Part shown: positions 32,465-43,592 of the stretch, one piece after another
Position numbering within the stretch: position 1 is the first letter of the stretch
Layout of the letters: each line of letters starts with the position of its first letter
Source of the DNA: an uncultured Chloroflexia bacterium
GTDB taxonomy: Bacteria; Chloroflexota; Limnocylindria; Limnocylindrales; CSP1-4
Length of the DNA: 64,000 nt
NCBI GenBank assembly: GCA_963712745.1
Contig: CAVQJC010000007.1
Location: forward strand, 13,110 to 77,109
Direction of reading: 5' to 3'
Translations under genes and position numbers: made by a program
Notes under the pieces: model-generated
Seen by the model: only the letters and a program-made list of their open reading frames with translations
Told to the model about the DNA's origin: nothing
The model's database searches: none

Positions 32465-33609
32465 CGGGGCGGTGGCTCCGCTGGGGCCCGGCCCTCGGGC
32501 TCATCGGGCGGGGGCTCGCCTTCATCGGCGGGGCGTTCGTCCTCTCGCGTCGTGCGCCAGCGATAGACCGCCACCGCGCCGATGGTCACCAGCAGCAGCA
32601 CGCCCTGGACGACATCGCCCAGCTGGCTCGGGATCTGCAGGGTGCGGACCGCGGAGGTCGCGCCCACGCTGATATCACTCAACAGCAGCGCCGCCAGCAG
32701 CACACCCGGCATGACCAGGCCACCCAGCATGGCCACCACGATGCCGGTGTAGCCGAAGCCGGGCGAGAGGCCCTCTGTCAAGCGGAACTGGATGCCTGCC
32801 ACCTCGCTGACGCCCGCGATGCCTGCGACCGCACCGCTCACGAGCGCCACCCGCAGCAGCGTGCGCTCCACCTTGATGCCGGCGAACCGCGCAGCGTGCG
32901 GTGACAGGCCGACCGCGCGAACGCGCAAGCCGGTACTGGTCCGGCTGAATACCCACCAGGCCAGGATGATGATGACCACGGCCACGACGAAGCCGAGGTG
33001 CAGCCGCGAACGGTCGATGAACGGCAGCACCTCTGAGAGCTTGGGGAACTCGGCTGCTTCGGCGATACGAGGTGACTCGGGGGAGCCGGTCTCTGGATCC
33101 TTCCAGGGACCCTGGAGTAGCGCCTGGACGACGAGCAACGCGACCGGGTTGAGCAACAGCGTGGTCACCACCTCGTCGATGCCCATGCGCACTCGCAGCA
33201 GCGCCGGTACCAGCGCCCAGGCGGCGCCCGCCAGCGCGCCTCCGGCGATCATCAGCGGCAGCACGAGGACCGATGGCCAGCCATGGACCAGCTGGCCGAT
33301 GCCGGCGGCGGCGACGGCGCCCATGAGCAGCTGTCCCTCCACGCCGATGTTCCAGTATCCGGCCCGGAACGCGATGGCGACCGCAGTGCCCGCGAAGAGC
33401 AGCGGGGTGGACCTGGTGAGCACCTCCAGCAATGTGAACTCGCGGGTCAGCGGCTGCACGAAGTATGCGTAGGCGGCGTCGAGCGGGTTCGCGCCGGCGA
33501 TGACGACGGCCGAGCCCGTCACCGCCAGGATGGTGACGATGCCGCCGACGATGATGGCGCCGAGACGACCGCTGCGCGTCTCGAGCGCCCGGCGCGCGCC
33601 GACGGTCAC
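32461..33609 (-). CDS. Nucleoside ABC transporter permease
   Basis: [32 protein letters not shown]. Confidence 0.9.
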   Translation of the reverse strand: MTVGARRALETRSGRLGAIIVGGIVTILAVTGSAVVIAGANPLDAAYAYFVQPLTREFTLLEVLTRSTPLLFAGTAVAIAFRAGYWNIGVEGQLLMGAVAAAGIGQLVHGWPSVLVLPLMIAGGALAGAAWALVPALLRVRMGIDEVVTTLLLNPVALLVVQALLQGPWKDPETGSPESPRIAEAAEFPKLSEVLPFIDRSRLHLGFVVAVVIIILAWWVFSRTSTGLRVRAVGLSPHAARFAGIKVERTLLRVALVSGAVAGIAGVSEVAGIQFRLTEGLSPGFGYTGIVVAMLGGLVMPGVLLAALLLSDISVGATSAVRTLQIPSQLGDVVQGVLLLVTIGAVAVYRWRTTREDERPADEGEPPPDEPEGRAPAEPPPR

Positions 33610-35126
33610 GCGGCCTTCCGTCCCCGGCCTGCCATGAGCATGCCCAGCTGCTCGGCGTCAGCGGACGGCGCGTCCATCTGGCCCACGATCCGGCCCTCGT
33701 ACAGCACCACCAGCCGGTCCGACAGCGAGATGAGTTCGTCGAGGTCCTCGGACATGAGCAGGATGGCGGCACCGTCGCGGCGCTGGGCGAGCAGCTCGCC
33801 GCGGACGTACTCGCTGGCACCCACATCCAGCCCCCGGGTGGGCTGCGAGACGATGACCACGCGCGGATCGCGCGAGAGGACACGTGCGAGCAGCACCTTC
33901 TGGATATTGCCGCCCGAAAGCGTGGCTACCCGGTCTCCCGGCCTGGCCTTGATGTCGAAGCGCTCGATGAGTTCCCGGGCATGTGCGTCGACGCGCACGC
34001 GATCGAGCCCGCCGCGGCCAGCGAAGTCGTCGATGCGCTCCAAGATGAGATTGAGCGAGACCGGCAGGTCGAGCACGAGGCTCGCGTGGCGGTCCTCGGG
34101 GACGCGCCCCACTCCAGCGGCCATGACCTCCTGAGGGTCGACGCCCGTGATCGCAATGCCGTCGACGGTGGCGCTGCCGGCGCTGACCGGCCGCATGCCG
34201 CTGAGCGCCTCGGCCAGCTCTGTCTGGCCGTTGCCCGATACCCCGGCCACACCCACGATCTCGCCGGCATGGACCTCCAGGTCGATATCGGAGAGGGCCG
34301 GCAGCCCGTGTGCGCCGGGGGCGCTGAGGCCGCAGATCTGCAGCCGAGCCTCACCACCGCGCTGCGGTGCGTCCTGTCGGCCGACACCGAAGGTAGGTCT
34401 GCCGACCATCATGCGCGCCAGCTCTCGCTCGTCGGTGTCGCCCGGAGCGGTGCCAACCATGCGTCCCTGGCGCATGACCGACACGCGCTGGCTGATGGCC
34501 CGCACCTCGCCCAGCTTGTGGCTGATGAACACGACCGAGAGGCCCTCGTCGACGAGGCGACGAAGCGTCTCGAAGAGCGCATCGACCTCCTGGGGGACCA
34601 GCACCGCGGTGGGCTCGTCGAGGATGAGCAGGCGACAGTCCCGTGCGAGCGCTTTGACGATCTCGACCCGCTGCTGCTCGCCGACGCTGAGCTCGCTCAC
34701 GACGGCGTCGGGGCTGATAGCGATCCCGAAGCGGCCGGCGGCAGCCTCCACCGAGGTCCTGGCCGAGGCCAGGTCGAGTCGGGCACCCGTGGCCCGGCCG
34801 AGGATGACGTTCTCGGTCACGGTCATCGGCTGCACCAGGCTGAAGTGCTGGGTGACCATCCCGACTCCGGCGTCGATGGCATCGCTCGGGGCCCTGAGGT
34901 CGACCGGGCGTCCGTCGACACGGATGCCGCCTGCGTCAGGGCGGGTGAGTCCGTAGAGGACCCGCATCAGCGTCGTCTTGCCGGCGCCGTTCTCGCCGAG
35001 CAGGGCGTGGACCTCGCCGCGCTCGATGGTGAGATCCACTGCGTCATTGGCGACCAGGTCGCCGAAGCGCTTGGTGATGCCGGAAAGCTCGGCGGCCAGG
35101 TGGCCCTGGCCGCCGCTGTCGGTCAT
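33606..35126 (-). CDS. Nucleoside ABC transporter ATPase (two NBDs)
   Basis: [31 protein letters not shown]. Confidence 0.93.
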   Translation of the reverse strand: MTDSGGQGHLAAELSGITKRFGDLVANDAVDLTIERGEVHALLGENGAGKTTLMRVLYGLTRPDAGGIRVDGRPVDLRAPSDAIDAGVGMVTQHFSLVQPMTVTENVILGRATGARLDLASARTSVEAAAGRFGIAISPDAVVSELSVGEQQRVEIVKALARDCRLLILDEPTAVLVPQEVDALFETLRRLVDEGLSVVFISHKLGEVRAISQRVSVMRQGRMVGTAPGDTDERELARMMVGRPTFGVGRQDAPQRGGEARLQICGLSAPGAHGLPALSDIDLEVHAGEIVGVAGVSGNGQTELAEALSGMRPVSAGSATVDGIAITGVDPQEVMAAGVGRVPEDRHASLVLDLPVSLNLILERIDDFAGRGGLDRVRVDAHARELIERFDIKARPGDRVATLSGGNIQKVLLARVLSRDPRVVIVSQPTRGLDVGASEYVRGELLAQRRDGAAILLMSEDLDELISLSDRLVVLYEGRIVGQMDAPSADAEQLGMLMAGRGRKAA

Positions 35127-35153
35127 CGGATGATGTCGGGGACTAGCCGAGGG

Positions 35154-36179
35154 TCACTCCGAGCCCGCGGGAACGGCCTCGTTGATGGAGACGCGGAAGA
35201 GACCCGACTTGATGTCGGCCTCGCGTGCAACGACCTGGTCGACCAACTCGGCCGGAACCTCCTTGACGAGGTCGGTGTTGATGGGTGCCAGCGCTGCACC
35301 ACCCTTGCCGACCATGCTGAAGTCCTTGAGGTCCTGGGCCACGTACGCCCCGCCCGAGACCTGCTCTAGGACGTGCTCGACCGTCGGCGTCATGTTCCAG
35401 GTGACGCTCGAGACCACGTTGTCCAGGGCGCTGTGATCTTCTGGCAGCTGAGCCCGCTGGTCGCTCATGTTGCCGACGGCGATGATGTCGTTCTCATCGG
35501 CAGCCGCGATGACACCCGCGCGCTCGGCGTACAGCACATCTGCGCCGGCATCGATCTGGGCCAGTGCTGCTTCCTTGGCGGCGGCCGGATCGTACCAGCT
35601 GTTGATGAAGCTGACCTTGGCCTCGACCTCGGGGTTCACATCCTTGGCACCTGCGATGAACGCGTTCGTGATGCGGTTGACCTCCGGGATGGCGATGCCA
35701 CCCACGACCCCGACGATATTCGACTCGGTCAGGCCGCCGGCGAGCATGCCGGCGAGGTAGGCAGGCTCGTGGATCCAGTTGTCGAAGACGCTGAGGTTGG
35801 GCTCGGAAGGCCCGCCCTCGGAGCCGAAGACGAAGGCGATGTTCGGGTACGCAGCCGCCACGTTGCGGACTGCCTCCTCGTTGAGGAATGCGTCGCCGAA
35901 GATGATGTCCGGCTGTTCCAGCTCGGCGATCTCAGTGAGCTGGAACTCCATGCTGCCGTCGTAGCCGATGGCGTCGACGAAGTCGTAGGAGATGTGGCCG
36001 GCATCCTCCTGGGCCTGGAGCGCGGTGTGGATGACACCGTCCCACGGCTCCTCGATCTCCGTTGCGTATGCGCCGAAGACCTTGAGGGGTTCATCCTGGG
36101 CTACGACTGCGGCTGAGCTCGCGGTCACGGTGAGAGCAAGCAGCGCAGTGGCTGCGAGCATGGGGCGACGCCTGATCAT
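35154..36179 (-). CDS. BMP family substrate-binding protein
   Basis: Signal peptide; HEPAYLAGMLAG, SWYDPAAAKEAA. Confidence 0.9.
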   Translation of the reverse strand: MIRRRPMLAATALLALTVTASSAAVVAQDEPLKVFGAYATEIEEPWDGVIHTALQAQEDAGHISYDFVDAIGYDGSMEFQLTEIAELEQPDIIFGDAFLNEEAVRNVAAAYPNIAFVFGSEGGPSEPNLSVFDNWIHEPAYLAGMLAGGLTESNIVGVVGGIAIPEVNRITNAFIAGAKDVNPEVEAKVSFINSWYDPAAAKEAALAQIDAGADVLYAERAGVIAAADENDIIAVGNMSDQRAQLPEDHSALDNVVSSVTWNMTPTVEHVLEQVSGGAYVAQDLKDFSMVGKGGAALAPINTDLVKEVPAELVDQVVAREADIKSGLFRVSINEAVPAGSE

Positions 36180-36406
36180 CGATAGAACCTCCCTGGTGCC
36201 GGTGACAGGCGCACCCGGGCGGGCGACGTCCCGGCCTCTCTCGCTCGCGGAATGGTACACGGGCCCGGGCTGGCGTGGTCAAGTGTCCGCGGGGTTGCGA
36301 TGTGGGCACGAAAGCCGCGGACCGCGACGAGCCGCCCGAGCGACCGTCCGGGTGCGCTGCCCGGACGCTGGGATCTGGGGAGTCGAGGCCTGCTGCGGCG
36401 AGGCCG

Positions 36407-38275
36407 CTACGTGGAGACGAAGCCGCTGGTGTCGACTTCGCCACCGGGTCCCTTGCCCTTGAACTGGCTCATGAAGAGGTTGTAGTAGAGCCCCTCTTCG
36501 GCCATCAGCTCGTCGTGGGACGCCAGCTCCACGATGACCCCGCCATTGACGACCATGATGCGGTTCGAGTCACGGATAGTGGCCAGGCGGTGGGCGATGG
36601 AGAAGCTGGTCTTGCCCTCCATCAGCTTGCGCAGGCCGTCCTGGATGAGCTTCTCGGTGCGGGTGTCGACGTTGGAGGTGGCCTCGTCGAGGATCATGAT
36701 CTTGGGGTCGGCCACCATGGCCCGCGCGATGGTGATCATCTGCCGCTGACCCTGGCTGAGGTTGGCGCCGCGCTCGGTGAGCATGGTCTGGTAGCCCTGT
36801 GGCAGGTTCTCGATGAACTCGTGCGCGTTAGCCTGTTTGGCCGCCTCGATGCACTCCTCGTCGGTGGCACCTTCACGGGCGTACCTGAGATTGTTCATGA
36901 CCGTGTCGCTGAAGAGGAAGGCCTCCTGCAGCACCACGCCCACCTGCTGACGCAGCGACTGCTGGGTCAGCTTGCTGATGTCCTGGCCGTCGATGAGGAT
37001 CCTGCCGCTGTCGATGTCGTAGTAGCGGGTCAGGATGTTGATGATCGTCGACTTGCCGGCACCGGTCGGGCCACAGATGCCGATCTTCTCGCCGGGTGCT
37101 GCCTCGAACGTGTTGTGCCGCAGGATCTTGCGGCCGGGCACGTAGCTGAAGTCGACATCCTCGAAGGTGATCTCTCCACCCTTGAACTCGTAGTCGGTGG
37201 CGTCCGGAGCATCGACCACGGTGGGCTCCTCGTCCATGATGGCGAAGACGCGCCGGCCGCCGGCGACGGCGTTGAGCGTGGTGGCCATGAGGTTGGCGAT
37301 GTCTGAGAGCGGGCTCGCCAGCAGGTATACGAAGCCCATGAAGGTGATGACCGTACCCAGCTGGACGTCGCCATCGAAGACCATGAGCGAGCCCACCATG
37401 AGCACGATGGTGACCTGCAGGATGGTCAGCGTCTGGGTCAGCGGGAACTGCAGCACCGAGGTGAAGAAGGCGTGCGTCGCCGTCTCGTAGACCGACTCGG
37501 CCTGGTCGTCCTGCTGCTCCGCGGCCCACATCTGGCGACGACTGGCGATGACCACCTTGTGGCCGGAGATGGTTTCCTCCTGGAAGCCGGAGAGCTCGCC
37601 CATCTCTTCGCCCATCTTGCGGAAGGCTGGCGTCGAGATGCGCTGCACGATGCCCGTGAGCACCAGCATGGTAGGGATGATGATCACGCCCACCAGCGCC
37701 AAGCGCCAGTCGATGAGGAACATCACGATGACGATGATGACGATACGGAAGAAGGACCGGATGAGTTGCGATACGGCCTGCTCGTAGAAGAGCGCCACGA
37801 ACTCGGTGTCGTTGGTGATGCGGCTCATGAGCTGGCCCAGCGGCTGCCGGTCGAAGAAGCTCAGGCTCAGCGTCTGCATATGGTCGAAGAGCGCCGTCTG
37901 GAGGCGGGAGAGACCGAGCGTGGCCAGGTCGGCGAACTGCCGTTCCGCGTACCAGGCGGTCAGCAGGAAGACGACGCCCGCGATCATCGCCGCGCCGACG
38001 AGCATCAGCAGGTCCGCCTGGCTGGCGCTGCCGTCCCCGAGGATGTTGAGGGCCAGGCCGGTGAAGACCGGCACGAGGATGAGCGAGATGTCGCCGACCA
38101 GGCGCACCACGAGGGCGATGATGAAGCGTCGTCGGTCCGCCTCGATCATGTAGTCGATCAGCCGCCTCGCCACGTCGCCGGTGTCGCTGGGCTTCTCGGG
38201 CGTCTGGGCCGGCAGCTTGCGCTGCTGCAGCTTCTCACGCAGGCTCGCGGGGAAGGCCCGTTCGCTCACCGTCAT
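36407..38275 (-). CDS. ABC exporter TMD-NBD subunit
   Basis: GPTGAGKS, LSQGQRQ, LDEATS, IAHRL. Confidence 0.93.
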   Translation of the reverse strand: MTVSERAFPASLREKLQQRKLPAQTPEKPSDTGDVARRLIDYMIEADRRRFIIALVVRLVGDISLILVPVFTGLALNILGDGSASQADLLMLVGAAMIAGVVFLLTAWYAERQFADLATLGLSRLQTALFDHMQTLSLSFFDRQPLGQLMSRITNDTEFVALFYEQAVSQLIRSFFRIVIIVIVMFLIDWRLALVGVIIIPTMLVLTGIVQRISTPAFRKMGEEMGELSGFQEETISGHKVVIASRRQMWAAEQQDDQAESVYETATHAFFTSVLQFPLTQTLTILQVTIVLMVGSLMVFDGDVQLGTVITFMGFVYLLASPLSDIANLMATTLNAVAGGRRVFAIMDEEPTVVDAPDATDYEFKGGEITFEDVDFSYVPGRKILRHNTFEAAPGEKIGICGPTGAGKSTIINILTRYYDIDSGRILIDGQDISKLTQQSLRQQVGVVLQEAFLFSDTVMNNLRYAREGATDEECIEAAKQANAHEFIENLPQGYQTMLTERGANLSQGQRQMITIARAMVADPKIMILDEATSNVDTRTEKLIQDGLRKLMEGKTSFSIAHRLATIRDSNRIMVVNGGVIVELASHDELMAEEGLYYNLFMSQFKGKGPGGEVDTSGFVST

Positions 38276-40056
38276 GCCCTCTCCTCCGTCCCGGCCTTGA
38301 CGCCGCTGCCGAGCTGTGACTCGTAGATCTCCCCGTATAGCTCGCTCGACTCCATCAGCTCCTCGTGCGTGCCGGTGGCGATGATCTCGCCGTTCTCCAT
38401 GAGCACGACGCGATCGAGGTCGATGACCGCGCTGATGCGCTGGGCGATGTAGATGGTGGTGACGTCCTCGTACAGCTCCGGGATGGCGCTCTGCACGCGG
38501 CTCTCGGTGGCCACGTCGAGGGCACTGGTGCTGTCATCGAGGATGAGCACCCGGGGCGCTGCGGTCAGGGTCCGCGCGATGGCCAGGCGCTGGCGCTGGC
38601 CGCCGGAGAAGTTGTAGCCGCGCCTCGCGACCGGGGCATCCCACGTCTGGGGCAGGCCGCTCACGAAGCCGTGCGCGTCGGCTGCCTTGGCCGCCTCGAA
38701 CATCTGCTTGTCCTCGGCGTCGGGGGCGGCGAACTTCAGGTTGAAGCGCACGTCGCCCCCGAAGAGCATGGCTTCCTGCAGGGCGATGCCCACGATCTGC
38801 CGCAGCTGGTCCTGGGGGATGTCGCGCACGTCGCGGCCGTCGATGGTGATGCGGCCCTCGGTCACGTCATAGAAGCGTGGCACCAGGTTCACCAGCGCCG
38901 ACTTGCCGGCACCGGTGGCGCCGAGGATGCCGATGCGCTCGCCCGGTTCGACGATGAGGTCGATGTTCTTGATGGCCGGCGGATCGAGCTCCCCGTCGGG
39001 CCGCCTGAAGGCGAAGGTGACGTTCTCGAAGGCCACCCGACCCTTGATGTCGGCTGCGTCGACCGCGGTCACGTCGGCGCCGTCCCGGACATCGGGCTCA
39101 TCATCGATGACCTCCCAGACGCGGCCGGCCGAGGCATTGCCACGGAGAACGAAGGGGACCAGGATGGCCATCAGGGCCAGCGGCGTGACCACCAGGGCGA
39201 GGTACTGCGTGAAGGCCACGATCTCGCCGACCTGGATGCCACTGGCGTCGAGCAGCTGCAATCCGCCGACGCCGATGGCCAGGGCCACGGAGATCTGGGC
39301 GATGCCGGTGAGGATGGGGTTGAGCATGGCCACCAGGAAGGCCGCCGTGAAGGCCGGCTTGCGCAGCGCGGTGGCGCGCTCGGCGAAGCGTTTCTTCTCC
39401 AGCCCCTCACGCGTGAAGGCCTTGACCACGCGGATGCCGGTGAGGTTCTCCTGCAGCCGGTTGTTGAGGCCGTCGAGCTTCTCCTGCCGCTCGTCGTAGG
39501 CGGCGAAGACCTTGGGCACGACGAAGGCCATGATGACCAGCACGAGCGCGGCCACGACCGCCATGATCCAGACCAGGCTGGGCGTGAAGAGCAGCGCCAG
39601 GACGAAGGCGATGATGAGCATGAAGGGTGCGTACAGCGTCAGCAGCACCGCGTACATGATGGCGTTGGCGATGTTGTTGACGTCCGCATTGAGGCGGACC
39701 ATCAGCTGCGAGGTGCGGAAGCGGTCGAAGTTGCCGAACGACATGGTCTGCACCTTGGTGTAGAGCCCGTCGCGGACGTAGAAGGCCGTGCCCTGGGCGA
39801 AGAACACGGCGAAGGCGGCCGTGCCCGCGAGGGTGCCGCCGGCGATGAGTGCCAGCACCACCATGGCGATGCCGGTATCGACGATGACCTCGAGGTTCCC
39901 GGCCACGAGGCCGTCGTTGATCATGCGCTGCGTCAACGTAGCCACGGCCACCGAGCAGACTGCCGAGACCATCAGCAACAGCTGCGACACGAGCAGTCGC
40001 CCGCGATAGCCCTTGAACACGAAGAACATGCGCGCGAGGTGACCGATAGCGTTCAC
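38272..40056 (-). CDS. ABC exporter TMD-NBD subunit (degenerate site of heterodimer)
   Basis: GATGAGKS, FSGGQRQR, LDDSTS, IAQRI. Confidence 0.93.
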   Translation of the reverse strand: MNAIGHLARMFFVFKGYRGRLLVSQLLLMVSAVCSVAVATLTQRMINDGLVAGNLEVIVDTGIAMVVLALIAGGTLAGTAAFAVFFAQGTAFYVRDGLYTKVQTMSFGNFDRFRTSQLMVRLNADVNNIANAIMYAVLLTLYAPFMLIIAFVLALLFTPSLVWIMAVVAALVLVIMAFVVPKVFAAYDERQEKLDGLNNRLQENLTGIRVVKAFTREGLEKKRFAERATALRKPAFTAAFLVAMLNPILTGIAQISVALAIGVGGLQLLDASGIQVGEIVAFTQYLALVVTPLALMAILVPFVLRGNASAGRVWEVIDDEPDVRDGADVTAVDAADIKGRVAFENVTFAFRRPDGELDPPAIKNIDLIVEPGERIGILGATGAGKSALVNLVPRFYDVTEGRITIDGRDVRDIPQDQLRQIVGIALQEAMLFGGDVRFNLKFAAPDAEDKQMFEAAKAADAHGFVSGLPQTWDAPVARRGYNFSGGQRQRLAIARTLTAAPRVLILDDSTSALDVATESRVQSAIPELYEDVTTIYIAQRISAVIDLDRVVLMENGEIIATGTHEELMESSELYGEIYESQLGSGVKAGTEERA

Positions 40057-40111
40057 CGCCGCAGTCTACTGTCCCTCAGGGGCCGGTTTCGCCGCCGCGC
40101 CCGCCCGCTGG

Positions 40112-40921
40112 TCAGGAGCGGGCCTCGAGGGCGGCCACGAGATCGTCCTCGGTGGGCGTCGAGCCTAGGCCCATGCGGGCGCCGATGCGGGCCGCCGCCG
40201 GCGGCTCGAGGCGCGCCGCGCGCAGCGTCGGCCAGACCGCCTCGGCGAAGACCTCCGCGGGTGGGCCATCGAGGACGACCCGGCCGCGGTCGAGCAGCAC
40301 TACCCGCTCGAACGTCTCAGCCACGAAGCGCAGGTCGTGGCTGGCCACGATCACCGTCCGTCCCTCGGCGTGCAGGTCACTGACGATGCGCTGCACGCAG
40401 GCGATGCCCCCGCTGTCGAGTCCGGTGGTAGGTTCGTCCAGCGCCACGACCGGCGTCTCCATGGCCAGCACGGCCGCGATCGTGAGCAGCTTGCGCTGGG
40501 TCTCTCCAAGGTCGTCCGGATGTCGCCCGAGGTCGCCGGCCATGCCCACAGCCCCGAGCGCAGCCTGGACTCGTGCGAACGCCTCTTCGATCGTCAGGCC
40601 CTGGTGACTCGGCCCGAACTCGACCTCGTCGCGTACGCTGCCGGCGAAGATCTGGCGGTCCGGATGCTGGAAGCCGAGGCCCACGATGCGCGCCAGCCGA
40701 GCAACGTGCAGGCGGGCAGCATCCTTGCCCTCCACCAGTACTCGCCCCCTGGCTGGGCGCAGCAGGCCGTCGAGATGACGCAGGAGCGTGGTCTTGCCGC
40801 TGCCGTTGGCCCCGATGAGTGCCACCGTCTGCCCCCCGGGGATGGCCAGGTCGACCCCGTCGAGAGCAGATACGCCGTCCTCGAACTCGTAGGCCAGGCC
40901 CTCCAGGCGTAACTCCGTCAT
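40112..40921 (-). CDS. ECF transporter ATPase
   Basis: GANGSGKT, FQHPDRQIF, LDEPTTGLD. Confidence 0.88.
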   Translation of the reverse strand: MTELRLEGLAYEFEDGVSALDGVDLAIPGGQTVALIGANGSGKTTLLRHLDGLLRPARGRVLVEGKDAARLHVARLARIVGLGFQHPDRQIFAGSVRDEVEFGPSHQGLTIEEAFARVQAALGAVGMAGDLGRHPDDLGETQRKLLTIAAVLAMETPVVALDEPTTGLDSGGIACVQRIVSDLHAEGRTVIVASHDLRFVAETFERVVLLDRGRVVLDGPPAEVFAEAVWPTLRAARLEPPAAARIGARMGLGSTPTEDDLVAALEARS

Positions 40922-41721
40922 GTGCCGGACTCCAGCCGCCCCGGGTCAAGCCCGGCCGCGACGAGGCGACGGCGGAGGCGTGCCTCGGCCAGCGGTTCCA
41001 CCCCCAGCGCGGCCACGCCCGCGTCAGCCAGTACCTCGGCCGCGGGTCCTCGAGCCACGATGTTGCCGGCCGCGATGATGGCGACGGTGTCGCAGACCGA
41101 GGCCAGCATGTCCGTGCGCTGCTCGGCCACGAGCACCGAGGTCCCGGCGGCGGCGATGGCCCCGATCGCCTCAAGCACGGCGCCGGCCCCCGCCGCGTCG
41201 AGGTGCGCGACCGGCTCGTCGAGGATGAGGTGACGCGGGCGCATGGCCAGCAGACCGGCGATGACCACGAGCTGCTGCTGGCCGCCGGAGAGCCGCTCGG
41301 GCTGGCGCTCGCGCAGGTCCGCGATACCGACCGCCTCGATGGCCTCTTCAGCCCTGGCCAGGACCTCCGGCCGAGGCAGGCCCAGGTTGGCAGGTCCGAA
41401 GGCGACCTCGTCGAACACCGTGTCGGCGATGAGCGACAGCTGACCGGTCGGATCCTGTAATCCCGTGACGATGTGCTCGGTGAGCCGGTGCATGGGCCAA
41501 CGCTTCACGTCCTCGCCGTCGAGGCTGATGTCGCCGACCACACTCCCACCCGTGACCCGTGGAGCCAGGCCGCCGGCCACCAGGCAGAGCGTGGACTTGC
41601 CGCCCTCCGAGGGACCGGCGAGACCGGTGACGGTGCCGTCCATCAACTGCAGGTCGACTGCGTGGAGCGACTCGCCGGACGCTCCGGGGTAGCGGTAGGA
41701 GACGCCGCGGAGGTTCAGCAT
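40918..41721 (-). CDS. ECF transporter ATPase
   Basis: GPSEGGKS, EVAFGPANLG, LSGGQQQ; start MLNLRG. Confidence 0.88.
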   Translation of the reverse strand: MLNLRGVSYRYPGASGESLHAVDLQLMDGTVTGLAGPSEGGKSTLCLVAGGLAPRVTGGSVVGDISLDGEDVKRWPMHRLTEHIVTGLQDPTGQLSLIADTVFDEVAFGPANLGLPRPEVLARAEEAIEAVGIADLRERQPERLSGGQQQLVVIAGLLAMRPRHLILDEPVAHLDAAGAGAVLEAIGAIAAAGTSVLVAEQRTDMLASVCDTVAIIAAGNIVARGPAAEVLADAGVAALGVEPLAEARLRRRLVAAGLDPGRLESGT

Positions 41722-42467
41722 GGCAGCGTTCCAGCCAGACGCGCCAGCCCCAGCAGCACGAGCCCGGCCGCGACCCCCCATCGAGCCAGGCGCTGCAGTG
41801 GGCTGTCGGGGGGTGGATGCATCACGGTCGGGCGGCCGGGCCGGGTGAAGCCGCGCGTCTCCAGGGCCAGCGTTCGCGTCTCCACCTCGCGTATGGCGGA
41901 GAGCACGGTGGGCGCCGCGACCGCGACCACTCCGCGACCACGCCGCAGCCAGCTGCCCTCGGTGTCGAGGCCTCGCGCACGCTGTGCCTGAGTGACCTCG
42001 CCTGCCCGTTCGGCCAGTCGCGGGATCATGGCCACGCCGTTGTGGATGACGAACGTCGCCCGTGCTGACAGGCCATGGTGCTGCAGGCTGGCCACCAGCT
42101 CCGACGGCCGGGTGGTGGCGTAGAAGAGCACCGCGGCTCCGGCCATGGTCAGGACGCGAGCTACCACCTCCGCCGCCAGCCACATGCCCTGCTCCGTGGT
42201 GCCGACCGCGAAGAGCACGTTGACGATGACGACGCTGAGCGCCAGTGGCAGGGCCAGCAGCAGCGAGGTGGTGAGCACCGCTCGCAGCTCTCGTGCCACG
42301 AGGGCCGGCAGCACCACCGCGACCAGGGCCAGGGCAGCCGTGCAGGCGACCCCGCTGAGGAGGGCCGCCGCCGCGAGGGTGCCCACGGCCACCACCAGCC
42401 GGGTCAGCGGGTCCAGGCCCTGCCAGGCAGAGCCCGTGTGCCGGCTACGCGACGCGGTCGCCGACAT
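41715..42467 (-). CDS. ecfT: ECF transporter T component
   Basis: LDPLTRL, AQRARG and LETRGF motifs. Confidence 0.88.
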   Translation of the reverse strand: MSATASRSRHTGSAWQGLDPLTRLVVAVGTLAAAALLSGVACTAALALVAVVLPALVARELRAVLTTSLLLALPLALSVVIVNVLFAVGTTEQGMWLAAEVVARVLTMAGAAVLFYATTRPSELVASLQHHGLSARATFVIHNGVAMIPRLAERAGEVTQAQRARGLDTEGSWLRRGRGVVAVAAPTVLSAIREVETRTLALETRGFTRPGRPTVMHPPPDSPLQRLARWGVAAGLVLLGLARLAGTLPC

Positions 42468-43509
42468 CCTCGCCATCGGGCAACGGGAGCAGGTATTCGC
42501 CCTGTGGGAAACGAGCCTTGGTACGTGTGGCCATGGCCCCAAGGATGAGGTAGACCACGAAGTACGTGATGACCTTGTCGACCGGGTCGGAGATCAGGCT
42601 CTGGCCCAACACCGCCTGCTGCAGGTCCGCACCGGCCTGCCGGAAGGCGGCGATGACGAAGTCTGCGCCGGAGCCGGTCACGCCTCCGAAGAGGCCGGCC
42701 GCGATGGGTGCGGCGATGAAGGCCGCGACCACGCCGGTGATGACGCCGGCCAGGACGATGTAGGCGGCTCCCAGGTCGCGCCAGCGGACGAGCAGGACGA
42801 CGAGGCCCACGGCCGTGCCCACCACCAGCAGCAGGGCCACCCAGCCGAGGATGACGAAGGCCGTCTCGTCGGCAGCAGGCGCGAGGCCCTCGCCGTCAGC
42901 AGCCGCCAGCCACGCCCGCAGCGCGAGCACCACCATGACCACCACCGCGCCGACGGTCAGCGCGCCGCCGATCGCCAGCCGCCGGCCGGAGGTGCCGCGT
43001 CGCGGCCGTAGCCAGCCCCAGCGCGCGAATGAGCCGGCCAGCAGCCCGACCACCACGGCCACCACCGCGAACGGCACCGCGAAGGGGCTGCTGAAGGGAG
43101 GGGGTGCGAGATAGGTCCAGATGACGTTGGAGAGGAACCCGGTGGCGGCGCCCGCCAGAGGGCCGGCCAGGGCAGCCACCAGGATGGTGCCGACGGAATC
43201 GAGGTAGATGGGGATCTTGAGCGCGCTGGCGACAGCGGTGCCGAGCACGATGTTGAGGGCCATGGCCACCGGCATCAGCACCAGCGTGCGCGTGTCGAAC
43301 TGGCGCGTGATGGAGTCGATGCGGCGGGTCTGCGCGTATTCCACCAGGGCATAGGCGACGACACCTGCGGGGATGGCCACGACCATCACCAGCGTGAACC
43401 GGTCGAGCGCATCCTCGAGGGTGAGCCCACCCAGGGCGGCCAGGCCGGCCAGCGCGATGAGGCCGAAGACGGCGAGGCCGGCACCGACCCGCAGCCACGT
43501 CTGCGACAC
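42445..43509 (-). CDS. ECF transporter S component (extended)
   Basis: KIPIYLDSVGT...AGPLAG, GGVTGSG, DPVDK; GAGGAGG RBS before GTG. Confidence 0.8.
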   Translation of the reverse strand: MSQTWLRVGAGLAVFGLIALAGLAALGGLTLEDALDRFTLVMVVAIPAGVVAYALVEYAQTRRIDSITRQFDTRTLVLMPVAMALNIVLGTAVASALKIPIYLDSVGTILVAALAGPLAGAATGFLSNVIWTYLAPPPFSSPFAVPFAVVAVVVGLLAGSFARWGWLRPRRGTSGRRLAIGGALTVGAVVVMVVLALRAWLAAADGEGLAPAADETAFVILGWVALLLVVGTAVGLVVLLVRWRDLGAAYIVLAGVITGVVAAFIAAPIAAGLFGGVTGSGADFVIAAFRQAGADLQQAVLGQSLISDPVDKVITYFVVYLILGAMATRTKARFPQGEYLLPLPDGEDVGDRVA

Positions 43510-43592
43510 GCCCACCTCCTCGCTCGATCTCGCTCCCTCTCCCGCGCGACAGAGTGCCACGAACCCACCGACGCAGCGTCTAGCATCGAGGC